20,768 nt of DNA from the NCBI GenBank assembly GCA_040754655.1, contig JBFMCE010000069.1, positions 1 through 20,768 on the forward strand. The letters are read 5' to 3'. Origin of the DNA: Bdellovibrionota bacterium. GTDB lineage: Bacteria; Bdellovibrionota; UBA1018; UBA923. Positions 1-11,017 of this stretch are shown here, one piece after another. Made by a program: the position numbers and the translations under genes. The notes under the pieces are model-generated. The model was not told the origin of the DNA and did no database searches. It was given only the letters and a program-made list of their open reading frames with translations. Each line of letters starts with the position of its first letter. Within the stretch, counting starts at the first letter, position 1.

Positions 1-8
1 GGTGAGGC

Positions 9-1577
9 GTGATCAATTGGGATGAACTGAAACACATCCATGTGATTCGCAAGCTTGGGGAAATACTCGGCGACTGGTTCTCGACGGATATTTTCTTCAT
101 TGACGAGCGGGGGCAGTTCCGCAACTGGGAACCTGGCGGGAAGTTTGAATTCCGCAATCCCCTTTCGGCGATTCTCGCGGGCAAAGAGTCGGGGCAAGCT
201 CTTTTGAGCAAGCTCGCGACCCAGTCCGCGGAAAAAGCTTATCGCGCGGACAAGTCGAACCTCATGATTGACGGGGTTTTCGACGTTGAGAAATGCCTCA
301 TTTCACGCATCTCGGTTGACAACGAATTTTTCGGCTGCGTGGTCGCGTATCCGGTGATCACTCAAGACATCATGAGCTCAGATCGCAATAAGGCGAAGGA
401 GATCGCCAAGGCGGCGGGACTGGATCTCAGCGATGTCGAAAAAGCCTTCGCAAAGCTCAAGGCCAATGCGGGTTCAGATCTTGAATACTTCAAGCAGCTC
501 GTCGAATTGGTCGCCCAGGAAATCGTCACCTTCCATACGGAAATTTCACGTCGCGAAGAACGCATCAGCGCTCTGAACCAAGAGCTCGGAACGCGCTATC
601 GCTACGACAATATGATTGGCAAGTCGAAGCCGATGCAAGACCTCTATCTTTTGTTAGACAAGATCAAACAGAGCGAGAGCACGGTTCTGATCCAAGGTGA
701 GAATGGAACGGGTAAGGAACTCATCGCCAAAGCCATTCATTACAACAGCCCCAGGAAAGACGGCGCATTCGTCACCGTGAACTGCTCGGCGTTCAATGAA
801 AACCTGCTGGACTCAGAGCTCTTTGGTCACGTGAAGGGCGCTTTCACGGGAGCCGTTAAAGACAAGAAAGGTCTTTTTGAAGTCGCCGACAAAGGCACTT
901 TGTTCCTGGATGAAATCGGCGACATGTCGCCCAGCATGCAAGTGAAACTCTTGCGTGTTTTGCAAGAAGGCACGTTGACGCCTGTTGGCGGCACGGAACC
1001 TCGCAAGGTCGATGTGCGGGTGCTTGCGGCGACCAATAAAGACCTCAAGGAAATGACCGAGACCGGCGAGTTTCGTGAAGATCTTTATTATCGCATCAAC
1101 GTCATCAATCTGACTGTTCCACCGCTGCGCGAGAGAAAAGAAGACATGCCTTTGCTGATCGATTTCTTTTTGACTCGTGGTTGCAAAGAGAAGGGCATTT
1201 CTCAGAAACAACTGGCCAAGCGCGCGATGGAAAGAATCTTTGATTATCCGTGGCCGGGCAATATCCGCGAACTTGAGAATGAGATCGAAAGGCTTCTCGT
1301 GCTTTCGAACGAAGATCCTAAGATCGCGGCTGAATTGCTTTCTCCTCGGATCAAGGAATGGGGCGAGAAAACCAAGGTTCAAGGCGTTCGCATACAAGGC
1401 AAACTAAAGGATGCTCTCGAAGAGCTCGAAAAAACCATGATTCGCGAAGGCCTCAAGCGCTGCAATTGGAACAAGTCACGGCTCGCCAAGGAGCTGGGCA
1501 TTAGCCGCGCAGGTTTGATCATGAAGGTCGAAAAATACGGCCTCGATAAACGCAAGTTGCTCAAGGCAGCAGGCTAA
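9..1577 (+). CDS. Sigma-54-dependent transcriptional activator (bEBP) with N-terminal PocR-like sensor domain, AAA+ domain and C-terminal Fis-type HTH
   Basis: Walker A GENGTGKE, intact SELFGHVKGAFTGA, Walker B LFLDEIG, FREDLYYRIN, WPGNIRELEN and C-terminal NWNKSRLAKELGISR. The N-terminus (IFFIDERG...RISVDNEFFGCVV...LVELVAQEIV) resembles PocR by eye. GTG start preceded by GGTGAGG. Confidence 0.93.
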   Translation: MINWDELKHIHVIRKLGEILGDWFSTDIFFIDERGQFRNWEPGGKFEFRNPLSAILAGKESGQALLSKLATQSAEKAYRADKSNLMIDGVFDVEKCLISRISVDNEFFGCVVAYPVITQDIMSSDRNKAKEIAKAAGLDLSDVEKAFAKLKANAGSDLEYFKQLVELVAQEIVTFHTEISRREERISALNQELGTRYRYDNMIGKSKPMQDLYLLLDKIKQSESTVLIQGENGTGKELIAKAIHYNSPRKDGAFVTVNCSAFNENLLDSELFGHVKGAFTGAVKDKKGLFEVADKGTLFLDEIGDMSPSMQVKLLRVLQEGTLTPVGGTEPRKVDVRVLAATNKDLKEMTETGEFREDLYYRINVINLTVPPLRERKEDMPLLIDFFLTRGCKEKGISQKQLAKRAMERIFDYPWPGNIRELENEIERLLVLSNEDPKIAAELLSPRIKEWGEKTKVQGVRIQGKLKDALEELEKTMIREGLKRCNWNKSRLAKELGISRAGLIMKVEKYGLDKRKLLKAAG

Positions 1578-1614
1578 AACCATCTAGTATTGTCAGGAAT
1601 TCTGGGCCTTTTCT

Positions 1615-1659
1615 CGATTCCGCGACGATCTCGTCGTAGACAGAATCGCGAATTTGTTT
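1615..1659 (+). promoter_or_regulatory. Nested inverted repeat followed by a T-rich tract (possible terminator, attenuator or protein-binding site)
   Basis: CGATTC (1615-1620) pairs with GAATCG (1643-1648) and encloses CGACGA-tc-TCGTCG (1623-1636). TTTGTTT follows at 1653-1659. Confidence 0.35.
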
Positions 1660-1674
1660 CAATCTTGGGCCCTT

Positions 1675-3225
1675 ATGACATCGCAGAATGCTTACGAGAG
1701 GCTTAAGTCAAAAACAGCCGAGGCTTTGGAAGGCGGCGGTAAAGAACGTCTTCAAAAACAGCGAGAACAAGGCAAGCTCACCGCACGAGACCGCGTAGAA
1801 CATCTCTTAGACCCGGGTTCATTCGTAGAAATCGATCGATTTGTCGTGCACCGTTGCGCGGACTTCGAAATGGACGCCAAGAAGTTCCTTGGCGACGGCG
1901 TCATCACAGGTTTTGGAACCATTGATGGCAAGAAGGTTTATGTTTTTTCCCAAGACTTCACCGTGTTTGGGGGAAGCTTAGGCAGCGCGCATGCCTCGAA
2001 GATTTGCAAGGTAATGGATCTTGCCGTTAAGGCTGGGTGCCCGGTCATTGGTTTGAATGACTCTGGCGGTGCTCGTATTCAAGAAGGGGTTGAGTCGCTC
2101 GGTGGTTACGCCGAGATCTTTTGGCGCAACACCCAGGCAAGTGGAGTGGTGCCTCAGATTTCGGTCATTTTGGGTCCCTGCGCGGGTGGAGCGGTTTATA
2201 GCCCTGCAATCACGGACTTCGTATTCATGGCTGAGCAGACCAGTTATATGTTTGTCACCGGTCCGGACGTGATCAAAACGGTCACTCATGAAGAGGTGAC
2301 CAAAGAAGCCTTGGGAGGAGCGCATACTCATGCGACTCGGTCCGGGGTTTGTCACTTTGCTTATCCTGATGAGGTGGCGACGCTAAACGGCGTGCGAGAG
2401 TTGATTGGTTACATCCCGGGAAATAATCTTGATGGTTCCCCGGTCATCGCCGCAACTGATCCTGTTGACAGGGAGTGCGCTAAAATCAAATCGATCATTC
2501 CTGACAATTCCAAAAAGCCCTATGACATTAGAGCAGTGATCGAAGACGTCGTGGATCAAGGGCGCTTTTTTGAGGTGCACCGGGAATTCGCGGGCAACAT
2601 CGTGGTAGGATTTGCTCGCGTTGGCGGAGAGACCATTGGAGTGATTGCAAACCAGCCCGCGGTGCTCGCAGGTTGCCTTGACATCGATGCCTCTACGAAA
2701 GGCGCGCGATTCGTGCGTTTTTGCGATGCGTTCAATATCCCTCTACTCACCTTAGTAGACGTTCCCGGGTTCTTGCCGGGCACAGCCCAAGAATTCGGGG
2801 GCATCATCCGCCATGGGGCAAAGCTGCTCTACGCTTATGCTGAAGCAACGGTTCCCAAGATGGCTGTGATCACGCGAAAGGCCTACGGCGGCGCCTACGA
2901 CGTGATGTCGAGCAAACACGTGAGGGCCGATTTTAATTTCGCTTATCCGGGTGCCGAGATTGCAGTGATGGGCGCCGAGGGCGCGGTCAACATCCTTTAC
3001 AAGCGAGAGATCACCTCTGCAAAAGATCCCAATGCCGAAAGGGCGAGGAAGATCGAAGAGTACCAAGAGGTCTTTGCAAATCCGTATAAAGCGGCTGAGC
3101 AAGGCTACATCGATGCGATCATCGAGCCTCGAGAAACAAGGATAATGATCGCCAAAGCGCTTCAAATGCTCAGGGGAAAGCGCGAACGAGGCCCGTCTAG
3201 GAAGCATGGGAACATTCCGCTTTAG
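1675..3225 (+). CDS. pccB: Propionyl-CoA carboxylase carboxyltransferase (beta) subunit
   Basis: Motifs [63 protein letters not shown] and C-terminal [11 protein letters not shown] 1675 preferred over TTG 1654. Confidence 0.93.
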   Translation: MTSQNAYERLKSKTAEALEGGGKERLQKQREQGKLTARDRVEHLLDPGSFVEIDRFVVHRCADFEMDAKKFLGDGVITGFGTIDGKKVYVFSQDFTVFGGSLGSAHASKICKVMDLAVKAGCPVIGLNDSGGARIQEGVESLGGYAEIFWRNTQASGVVPQISVILGPCAGGAVYSPAITDFVFMAEQTSYMFVTGPDVIKTVTHEEVTKEALGGAHTHATRSGVCHFAYPDEVATLNGVRELIGYIPGNNLDGSPVIAATDPVDRECAKIKSIIPDNSKKPYDIRAVIEDVVDQGRFFEVHREFAGNIVVGFARVGGETIGVIANQPAVLAGCLDIDASTKGARFVRFCDAFNIPLLTLVDVPGFLPGTAQEFGGIIRHGAKLLYAYAEATVPKMAVITRKAYGGAYDVMSSKHVRADFNFAYPGAEIAVMGAEGAVNILYKREITSAKDPNAERARKIEEYQEVFANPYKAAEQGYIDAIIEPRETRIMIAKALQMLRGKRERGPSRKHGNIPL

Positions 3226-3314
3226 CACCGCATTTCGAGGCGCGGCGGAAAATAAGTTTAAACATGCCCTGGTTCTTGAAAGGCTTCGGTTCGGCGTGTA
3301 AGAACAAGGAGAAT

Positions 3315-4834
<1,520 letters not shown>

Positions 4835-4838
<4 letters not shown>

Positions 4839-5380
4839 AGTACACGGTTTCATTGCCCGAGACCGAGGCACAGCTTGCTGAGGTGGATCATCTCGAAACC
4901 TCAGCCGGGACGACCTGGAAACTCGAGCGCCCAGGAAACGGAAAACAAGCGGTTCACCTTGATCTCTCAAATGTCGAAGTCACTTTGCAGGAGGGCAATC
5001 TTTCAATCTTTGATTCGAAGAGCGGGACTCGCCAGGTGTTTCCCGTCGTGCAAATACATGCCGATGGTTCTGTGATGGTGGCCACGGCTTTGGGAAATTT
5101 CAGGGTTTTGGCAAGTAGAGGCGCGGCATCAACTGTGGCTAAGGCAGGTAGGAGGGGGCAGCGCGCTCTTAAGAGCTCGATGCCTGGGAAGGTTTTGAAG
5201 ATCTTGTGCGCTAAGGGTGATGCGATCGAGCAAGGCCAGCCGCTACTGATCATAGAAGCAATGAAGATGGAAAATGAAATCCGCTCGCCTCAGGCTGGGA
5301 TTGTGGAAGAAATCCCAGTTCAAGTCGGGCAAAAGATTGAAACGGGCGAGCTTCTCGTGAAAATCGGAGCACCAGTCTGA
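4835..5380 (+). CDS. Biotin carboxyl carrier protein with ~105 aa N-terminal extension
   Basis: SMPGKV...EAMKMENEI biotinylation motif. ATGA overlap with the upstream gene and SD GAGGAGAGG at 4822-4830. Confidence 0.92.
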
Positions 5381-6987
5381 TGGGCAAGAATCCAGAAGGC
5401 ACGGACTCAAAAACAACTGCGGTGACGACGAACTCTGGAATCCCAGTAGAGGTGGTTTATGAGCGCGTCGAACAAAGCCTGGATGAAAAGCTTGGAAAGC
5501 CCGGCCAGTACCCGTTCACACGGGGCGTACAGCCCGATATGTATCGTGGTCGCCTTTGGACGATGCGCCAATACGCGGGTTTTGGCTCTGCCAAAGAATC
5601 CAATGAGCGCTACAAGTATTTGCTCGCCAGAGGACAGACAGGTTTGAGCGTCGCTTTTGATTTGCCCACGCAACTTGGGCTTGATCCTGATCACGGCAGA
5701 TCGAAAGGGGAGGTCGGCAAAGTTGGCGTCTCGATCGCCTCACTTGCTGATATGCGCGTTTTGTTTGAAGGCATTGGGCTTGAGGGCGTGAGCACCTCGA
5801 TGACCATCAATGCGACGGCGGGCATTTTATTGGCGCTTTACGTTGCGGTCGCAAAAGAACAGGGCGCTGATCTCAAGAAACTTCAAGGCACGGTCCAAAA
5901 CGATCTTTTGAAGGAGTTCTCGGCCCGGGGCAATTACATCTATCCACCGAAGGGCTCGCTCAAACTCACAACAGATATTATTGAATACTGCGCGAGAGAA
6001 CTGCCAAAATGGAACCCGATTTCAATCAGCGGTTATCATATTCGCGAGGCGGGTTCGACTGCCGTGCAAGAGGTGGCCTTCACGCTTGCAAACGCGATCT
6101 GCTATGTCGAGACCGCGCTTGCTCGCGGTCTGAATGTGGATGAATTTGCGCCAAGGCTTAGTTTTTTCTGGAACGTGCACAATGAATTTTTAGAAGAAGT
6201 AGCAAAGTTCAGAGCAGCGCGCAGAATCTGGGCCAAGATCATGAAAGAACGCTTTGGCGCAAAGACCGTACAGAGCATGAAACTGCGTTTTCACGCCCAG
6301 ACCGCCGGAAGTACGCTGACTGCGCAACAGCCTGAAAACAACACCGTGCGCGTGGCGTATCAGGCGCTTGCCGCGGTTTTGGGGGGCTGTCAAAGCCTGC
6401 ACACCAACGGTTTTGATGAGGCACTTGCTTTGCCTACGGAAACTTCCGCGAGGCTTGCGCTCAGGACTCAGCAGATCATTGCTCACGAGACAGGGGTCAC
6501 GAAAACGGTAGATCCTTTGGGTGGGAGCTTTTTTGTTGAAAGTTTGACTTGTCAGATCGAGGAACAGGTTCGGCGCTATCTCAAAGACATTGAAACGCGG
6601 GGCGGGGTGGTGGCTTGCATTGAGAATGGATTCATTCAAAGCGAAATCTCGTCATCAGCGTACAGACAACAGCTTGATGTTGAGTCGGGGGCATCGATTG
6701 TCGTGGGAGTGAATAAATTTACTGAAGAAAAGAGCGAAAAAGCGCAGCTTCTTAGGGTTTCTGAAGCCTTAGGAAAAGCCCGTTCAGAAGAGATCAAAGC
6801 ATTTCGAAGTAGGCGCGATTCGGCTCGCGCGGGTCACGCCCTTGCTGCTCTTGAATCTGCGGTGGCTCAAGATCGAAATAGTTTTCCGCTGATTTTGAGC
6901 GCCGTTGAAGCAGGTTGCACCCTGGGTGAGATTTCGGATGTTTTTCGAAAGAACTTTGGCGCACAGGTCGAGTGGACTGGGGTTTAA
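5380..6987 (+). CDS. Methylmalonyl-CoA mutase, substrate-binding (large) subunit of a split enzyme, with no B12-binding domain
   Basis: [63 protein letters not shown] and TLGEIS near the end. No DxHxxG cobalamin motif. TGATG overlap with the BCCP gene. Confidence 0.92.
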   Translation: MGKNPEGTDSKTTAVTTNSGIPVEVVYERVEQSLDEKLGKPGQYPFTRGVQPDMYRGRLWTMRQYAGFGSAKESNERYKYLLARGQTGLSVAFDLPTQLGLDPDHGRSKGEVGKVGVSIASLADMRVLFEGIGLEGVSTSMTINATAGILLALYVAVAKEQGADLKKLQGTVQNDLLKEFSARGNYIYPPKGSLKLTTDIIEYCARELPKWNPISISGYHIREAGSTAVQEVAFTLANAICYVETALARGLNVDEFAPRLSFFWNVHNEFLEEVAKFRAARRIWAKIMKERFGAKTVQSMKLRFHAQTAGSTLTAQQPENNTVRVAYQALAAVLGGCQSLHTNGFDEALALPTETSARLALRTQQIIAHETGVTKTVDPLGGSFFVESLTCQIEEQVRRYLKDIETRGGVVACIENGFIQSEISSSAYRQQLDVESGASIVVGVNKFTEEKSEKAQLLRVSEALGKARSEEIKAFRSRRDSARAGHALAALESAVAQDRNSFPLILSAVEAGCTLGEISDVFRKNFGAQVEWTGV

Positions 6988-7083
6988 AATTTTTTGCAGG
7001 AAGATAGAAAACAATTGGATGGCCTTTGATCTGCGCTCGATAATGGGTTGAAGTTCTGTTTATGCCGTGCTAGCACCCTCCAA

Positions 7084-7797
7084 ATGAAATTCATTTCTTT
7101 GTTTTTTGTTTCAATAAGCTTTGTTTGTTCAGCCTTTGCCCGCGAAGGCAAGCCCTTAAAATACGCGGAGCTTGGGCCCGAGTGCATTATCGATGCCAGC
7201 CTGGTTCAGACACAGGATGGAATGCATGTGAACCGATTCGGTTTTTTGATCCGCACATGGCAAGAGATTCAGGGTCGGACCCGCGTTGAGTTTGATGGGT
7301 CCGGCGAAATACGCACGACAGAATCATTGCGCGTAAAGTTAGTTCGCAACGACGGGGGATATATCCTTCTTCCCATCGCTTTGATTACAGAGGGATGGGG
7401 AGTCACTCTTGGAGGCTATACATCGGTTCGTGTTCAGGCGATCACCTTTGGAGTCCAGTCACATCAGATCCCCTCGTGTATTGAGGCCCGTTCCGTATTT
7501 GAGGCTTTTAAAGGGGTTGATCTGAGTGCAGCCGTTCAACTTTTAGGGCATGTGAATGTCGAACTTGCGCACTATCGAAATGACAATTTCTATCTTGCTT
7601 TTGGGCCGGCTGCAGGTGGAGGGGCTGTGGGATTTTATATGGGAGCCACCATCGATGAGTTGTGGGTTTTTCCTCAAAATCCTTGCAATTTTGATCGCGT
7701 TGAGACCCTGAAAAATTTTTTCAATGTCTCAAACAGCTGTTTTTTTGAAAGACTTGGACTCGACTTTACGGCGCGGTGTTTTTCTAGCGAAAGTTGA
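7084..7797 (+). CDS. Secreted hypothetical protein, possibly EipA/DUF1134-like beta fold
   Basis: Signal peptide MKFISLFFVSISFVCSAFA from ATG 7084 and a Gly-rich beta-strand pattern. The family resemblance is by eye only. Confidence 0.65.
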   Translation: MKFISLFFVSISFVCSAFAREGKPLKYAELGPECIIDASLVQTQDGMHVNRFGFLIRTWQEIQGRTRVEFDGSGEIRTTESLRVKLVRNDGGYILLPIALITEGWGVTLGGYTSVRVQAITFGVQSHQIPSCIEARSVFEAFKGVDLSAAVQLLGHVNVELAHYRNDNFYLAFGPAAGGGAVGFYMGATIDELWVFPQNPCNFDRVETLKNFFNVSNSCFFERLGLDFTARCFSSES

Positions 7798-7822
7798 CAT
7801 GTCTCGCCATGAGAGGTAGTTC
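7794..7822 (+). promoter_or_regulatory. Possible sigma-70 promoter for the 7856 gene
   Basis: Perfect TTGACA at 7794-7799, 17 nt spacer, then a weak -10 (TAGTTC). Confidence 0.25.
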
Positions 7823-7855
7823 CGCTGCCTTAAGCGTGAAGGAGATTAAAAAATC

Positions 7856-8239
7856 ATGAAACAAATTTTTAGCGTATTAGGGATAATGAGTTTTTCTATT
7901 TCAATGGCCTTTGGTTCAGAGCCAACGGAGTGCCAATCAAACCTTAAGGTAACTTTGTCTGGAATCGGTTCGCAGTTCATCACGGCTGAAAATACTCCTG
8001 TGCTGGGACTTGCAAAGCTTCAGCTCAATGCCGGAAAAATTAAAAATGGAGTCACGTACAGCGTTCCTTGTGATGATGCCATGGCGCTCACGTGGTTTGT
8101 GCGTGCAGAAAGACCTGGGCAATCTTATCGAATTGAAGTGGTAGTAAACGATCAAATCACTTGGAGCCACCAGGCAAATCTTGGCGATGAGAAAAAAGAT
8201 GCGGGTGTGACTTGGATCAACACCCATCCTGTTCGTTAG
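7856..8239 (+). CDS. Small secreted hypothetical protein
   Basis: GAAGGAG SD upstream, signal peptide MKQIFSVLGIMSFSISMAFG, beta-rich mature part with two Cys. Confidence 0.7.
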   Translation: MKQIFSVLGIMSFSISMAFGSEPTECQSNLKVTLSGIGSQFITAENTPVLGLAKLQLNAGKIKNGVTYSVPCDDAMALTWFVRAERPGQSYRIEVVVNDQITWSHQANLGDEKKDAGVTWINTHPVR

Positions 8240-8326
8240 CAAAGGATGTATTCATGAATGACGATGAGGCGCGAGAAAAATCCCCTCATCTTCGTCTACG
8301 GTGTACGGTGATTTTTCTAAAAGTCA

Positions 8327-8602
8327 TCAAGCCCCGCCAAGGGTCGGATCCAGGATGGATTTTACCTCAGAAATTCTATCCGCAGGAAATCCGCCTTCCT
8401 TCGCGTGCTTGAGAATCATCTCAGCATTGGGCGCGATGTAGACGCAATAGATCTTGTCTCTCACAACATAGCTGTGTAGCCACTGGATCTGTGGCCCGAG
8501 CTCGTTCAATATTGCCACCGACTTTTGCGAAATCGCAGCTAACTGTGAATGTGTTAAGTCACCTGCGCCTGGCAGCTCTCTTTCAATGACATATTTAGGC
8601 AT
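8327..8602 (-). CDS. DUF4242 (SCO4226-like) small protein
   Basis: Typical MPKYVIERELPGAG...QWLHSYV...KIYCVYIAP...HAKEGGFPADRISEV...DP pattern. GAGGGGG SD upstream on the minus strand. Confidence 0.88.
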   Translation of the reverse strand: MPKYVIERELPGAGDLTHSQLAAISQKSVAILNELGPQIQWLHSYVVRDKIYCVYIAPNAEMILKHAKEGGFPADRISEVKSILDPTLGGA

Positions 8603-9221
8603 ATTTCCCCCTCAGTCATGCAAATACATGCGGATAATGAACGCGGCAAGCTTAATAGTCTCGTCTTGATAAGGCAAGAGGCGTGAAAACAACGTCACGA
8701 CATTTTAATGCTTAGAATGTCCAATAAGTTCAGTAAACCTGAATTCGTGTCGGAAAAAAACATGCTTTGCTTGATGTCAAAAGACTCCCGGCGGGAAGAA
8801 GAGCCTCAGGAATTCGCCTGTTGCGCTTACTTGCCGTTATAGGGCTAAAGGAGCTTTTCATCACCGTTCTTTTCAGGAACGGGCACCTGCCTATTTCGCT
8901 TTAACGAAGGAGGTTGTGGATATCGCTCGAGCGCAGTTTGGTTTTTTATTGATGCTTAGGAAAGATCGGCTTTTATCAAGAGATGAAAAATTTAGAGCAT
9001 GGATAGATCGTATTGTGTGGCAGAAGAGGCATGACTTTAAGCACTCCATCCGGGGCTTGTCAGAGAGCATCGCTTCGCCGGAGAAACTCGAAGGACCTGG
9101 TGATAGCAAGGGCTGCGCAAGAATAGGTTATTCGTTGCTGAAATTTGCCAAAGGAGAGCTGAGGCTTAAGTGAGCTCTAAAAAGTTTCTCTGAAATCTAG
9201 CGCGATTTTTTCTTACGAAAA

Positions 9222-9302
9222 TTACGTCTCGGCGGTGGTTGGGTCGATCATCGTCTTGACCTCGGAGATCTTGTTGGCGACGACGTAGTTTTTACACCAC
9301 TG
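9222..9302 (-). pseudogene. Internally deleted remnant of a second DUF4242 gene
   Basis: The minus strand reads QWCKNYVVANKISEVKTMIDPTTAET*, matching QWLHSYVVRDKI and ADRISEVKSILDPT of 8327-8602 with the middle missing. An in-frame TAG lies 10 codons upstream and there is no start codon. Confidence 0.72.
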
Positions 9303-9378
9303 GCAACTGTCGGGAGTGCGAAAAAGTGCCTAATTAGAGGTAGAAAACTGAACCCAAGATTATACACGAGCCTTCTCA

Positions 9379-10851
9379 TCATAAGAGCAGCTGTTTCATA
9401 AAGTGGTTGATAAATTTTCCATCAGGGTCGAGGTTTTGGCGAACGTCAGCGTATTGACGAAATTCCGGGTAGTGTACCCTTGGGTTATGGTAAAAGAGTT
9501 TCCCCCAATGAGGCCTTCCACCAAGCTTGAGAAATCTTCTTTCAAGAGCCCGAAAGAACGGTTCAAAGTTTTTCACAGATTTGTGAGATGCGATATCGAT
9601 ATAGCAGGTATCGCGGCCTTGCGCATGGCTCAAATATGTCCCCTGATCAGCGCGTACAAATCGAACATCCACTGGCAAGTTGGCATAATAACGTCCTGCC
9701 TTGTTAGGAATACTAGCAAACTGTTCGACACACTCTCGATACTCATCTAGTGCTGCACGAGCGTGTTCGATCGGGAACGCGTACTCCATTGAATACGCTT
9801 TCATGAAACGAGGTGAAGTCATGACTTGATCTGATCGATCCACAAAATTTTCATTTGGGATCAAGCCGACTAAAAAATGCATCAACCTTGGAAAACTTGA
9901 AGGATTCAGAGTCGTCGATTTCACTAAGAGATCAAGCAGAGCGTTTTCTAGAACGATTTCATTGAGCCAATTTTTGATCGGTTTTTGATCACGAGGCTTG
10001 CCAGTAGTATTTCTACGGATAACTAAAGTCTTTTCAGTAAATGGGAAATAATAAAATTCAAAATGGTCATTTTCCAGGTAGTTTTTTGGATCTAAGGCCT
10101 GATCCAAACTTAACGCCTCCGTGGATTGCTCAAGATTGAAGGCTTCAACGACGCGAAAAGTTAAAGAGTAAAGAGTGCCCAATCCACCAAGTCCCACTCT
10201 TGCTGCTTTCAGGTATTCGTGGTCACTAGGGCGGTCTTGGCTGAGGCTCAGCAGCGAACCATTAGCCAGCACGAGATCCGCACCCAGAATGGATTGTTCA
10301 TCTGAAAACGTGCCCCATTTCATCCCAGAACCATGGGTTGCAGTTGAAACGACTCCACCTAATGTTTGATAGGCCACGTCTCCAAGGCTCGGAAGTGCGA
10401 GCCCCAGTTTTGCCAAGGCGTCGTTAAAGTCGGAAAGCACCATGCCTGCTTCGACGCGCACACGTCCGTGAGTACGATCAACTTCAAGAATGCGGTTCAA
10501 TCTTTTTGTGTTGATCAGAGTTCCTTTGGTTTCAACGCACCCGTTGAAACTATGCCCCGATCCCACGGCATGCAGCTTTTGGGATTCTCTTACAACCTGG
10601 ATAAGCCTGTCTAAAGAGTTCGGACTCGCAATTCGATCAGGTTGAAAGGAAATATTCCCTATCCAATTTGTCCATCTTTTTGAAGATCGATCGCCAAAGG
10701 GAAGAAGCGCATCTCCAGATGCTTCAGCGGAAGGCAGCGAGAGAAGTCCTTTAAACCTATCGAGGGACGGGGCTCCTGCCAGAAAAGCCATTCCTGAAGA
10801 CGTGGCCGAAATAAAATGCTTTAAAAACTGTCGACGATTTGTTTGAGACAA
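9379..10851 (-). CDS. FAD-linked aldonolactone oxidase (D-arabinono-1,4-lactone / L-gulonolactone oxidase family, VAO fold) with Tat signal
   Basis: WTNW, VGSGHS (covalent FAD His), V-EAG, GVVSTATHGSG, RVGLGGLG, MEYAFP and C-terminal GGRPHWGK...LDPDGKFIN. N-terminal NRRQFLK twin-arginine motif. TTG 10851 is preceded by AGGGGGT; the ORF track start is 10872. Confidence 0.88.
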   Translation of the reverse strand: MSQTNRRQFLKHFISATSSGMAFLAGAPSLDRFKGLLSLPSAEASGDALLPFGDRSSKRWTNWIGNISFQPDRIASPNSLDRLIQVVRESQKLHAVGSGHSFNGCVETKGTLINTKRLNRILEVDRTHGRVRVEAGMVLSDFNDALAKLGLALPSLGDVAYQTLGGVVSTATHGSGMKWGTFSDEQSILGADLVLANGSLLSLSQDRPSDHEYLKAARVGLGGLGTLYSLTFRVVEAFNLEQSTEALSLDQALDPKNYLENDHFEFYYFPFTEKTLVIRRNTTGKPRDQKPIKNWLNEIVLENALLDLLVKSTTLNPSSFPRLMHFLVGLIPNENFVDRSDQVMTSPRFMKAYSMEYAFPIEHARAALDEYRECVEQFASIPNKAGRYYANLPVDVRFVRADQGTYLSHAQGRDTCYIDIASHKSVKNFEPFFRALERRFLKLGGRPHWGKLFYHNPRVHYPEFRQYADVRQNLDPDGKFINHFMKQLLL

Positions 10852-11017
10852 CTCGCACCCCCTGAGACCCAACCTACTTCAAGAAAAAGAAAATATTCAA
10901 GTAGAGAGGGAAGAAAATTTCTGCGCACCGGTTGCGCCGGGAACATTTCCGGGCCTTCCGAGCAGGATCTCATGGGCCAATCGAGCTTATGCCCGGTTTA
11001 TCAGGAGTTGAGCATAG

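Noticed and set aside
813..1397. 194 aa minus-strand ORF
   Set aside because: Antisense shadow of the conserved AAA+ domain.
1578..1674. Sigma-54 -24/-12 promoter or cobalamin riboswitch ahead of the pcc/mutase operon
   Set aside because: No TGGCAC-N5-TTGC-like match is seen, and the gap is short with no B12-box.
3264..3314. N-terminal extension of the biotin carboxylase in the ORF track
   Set aside because: Family homology begins at MAIKKVLIANRGE and an SD precedes ATG 3315.
8916..9173. 85 aa plus-strand ORF with AAGGAGGT upstream
   Set aside because: The SD is only about 1 nt from the GTG, no family is recognisable, and an equally unconvincing antisense ORF overlaps it. Not excluded, but unsupported.
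9359..9364. Perfect TATAAT on the minus strand upstream of the DUF4242 remnant
   Set aside because: No matching -35 or extended -10 element, and a lone hexamer in AT-rich DNA is weak evidence.
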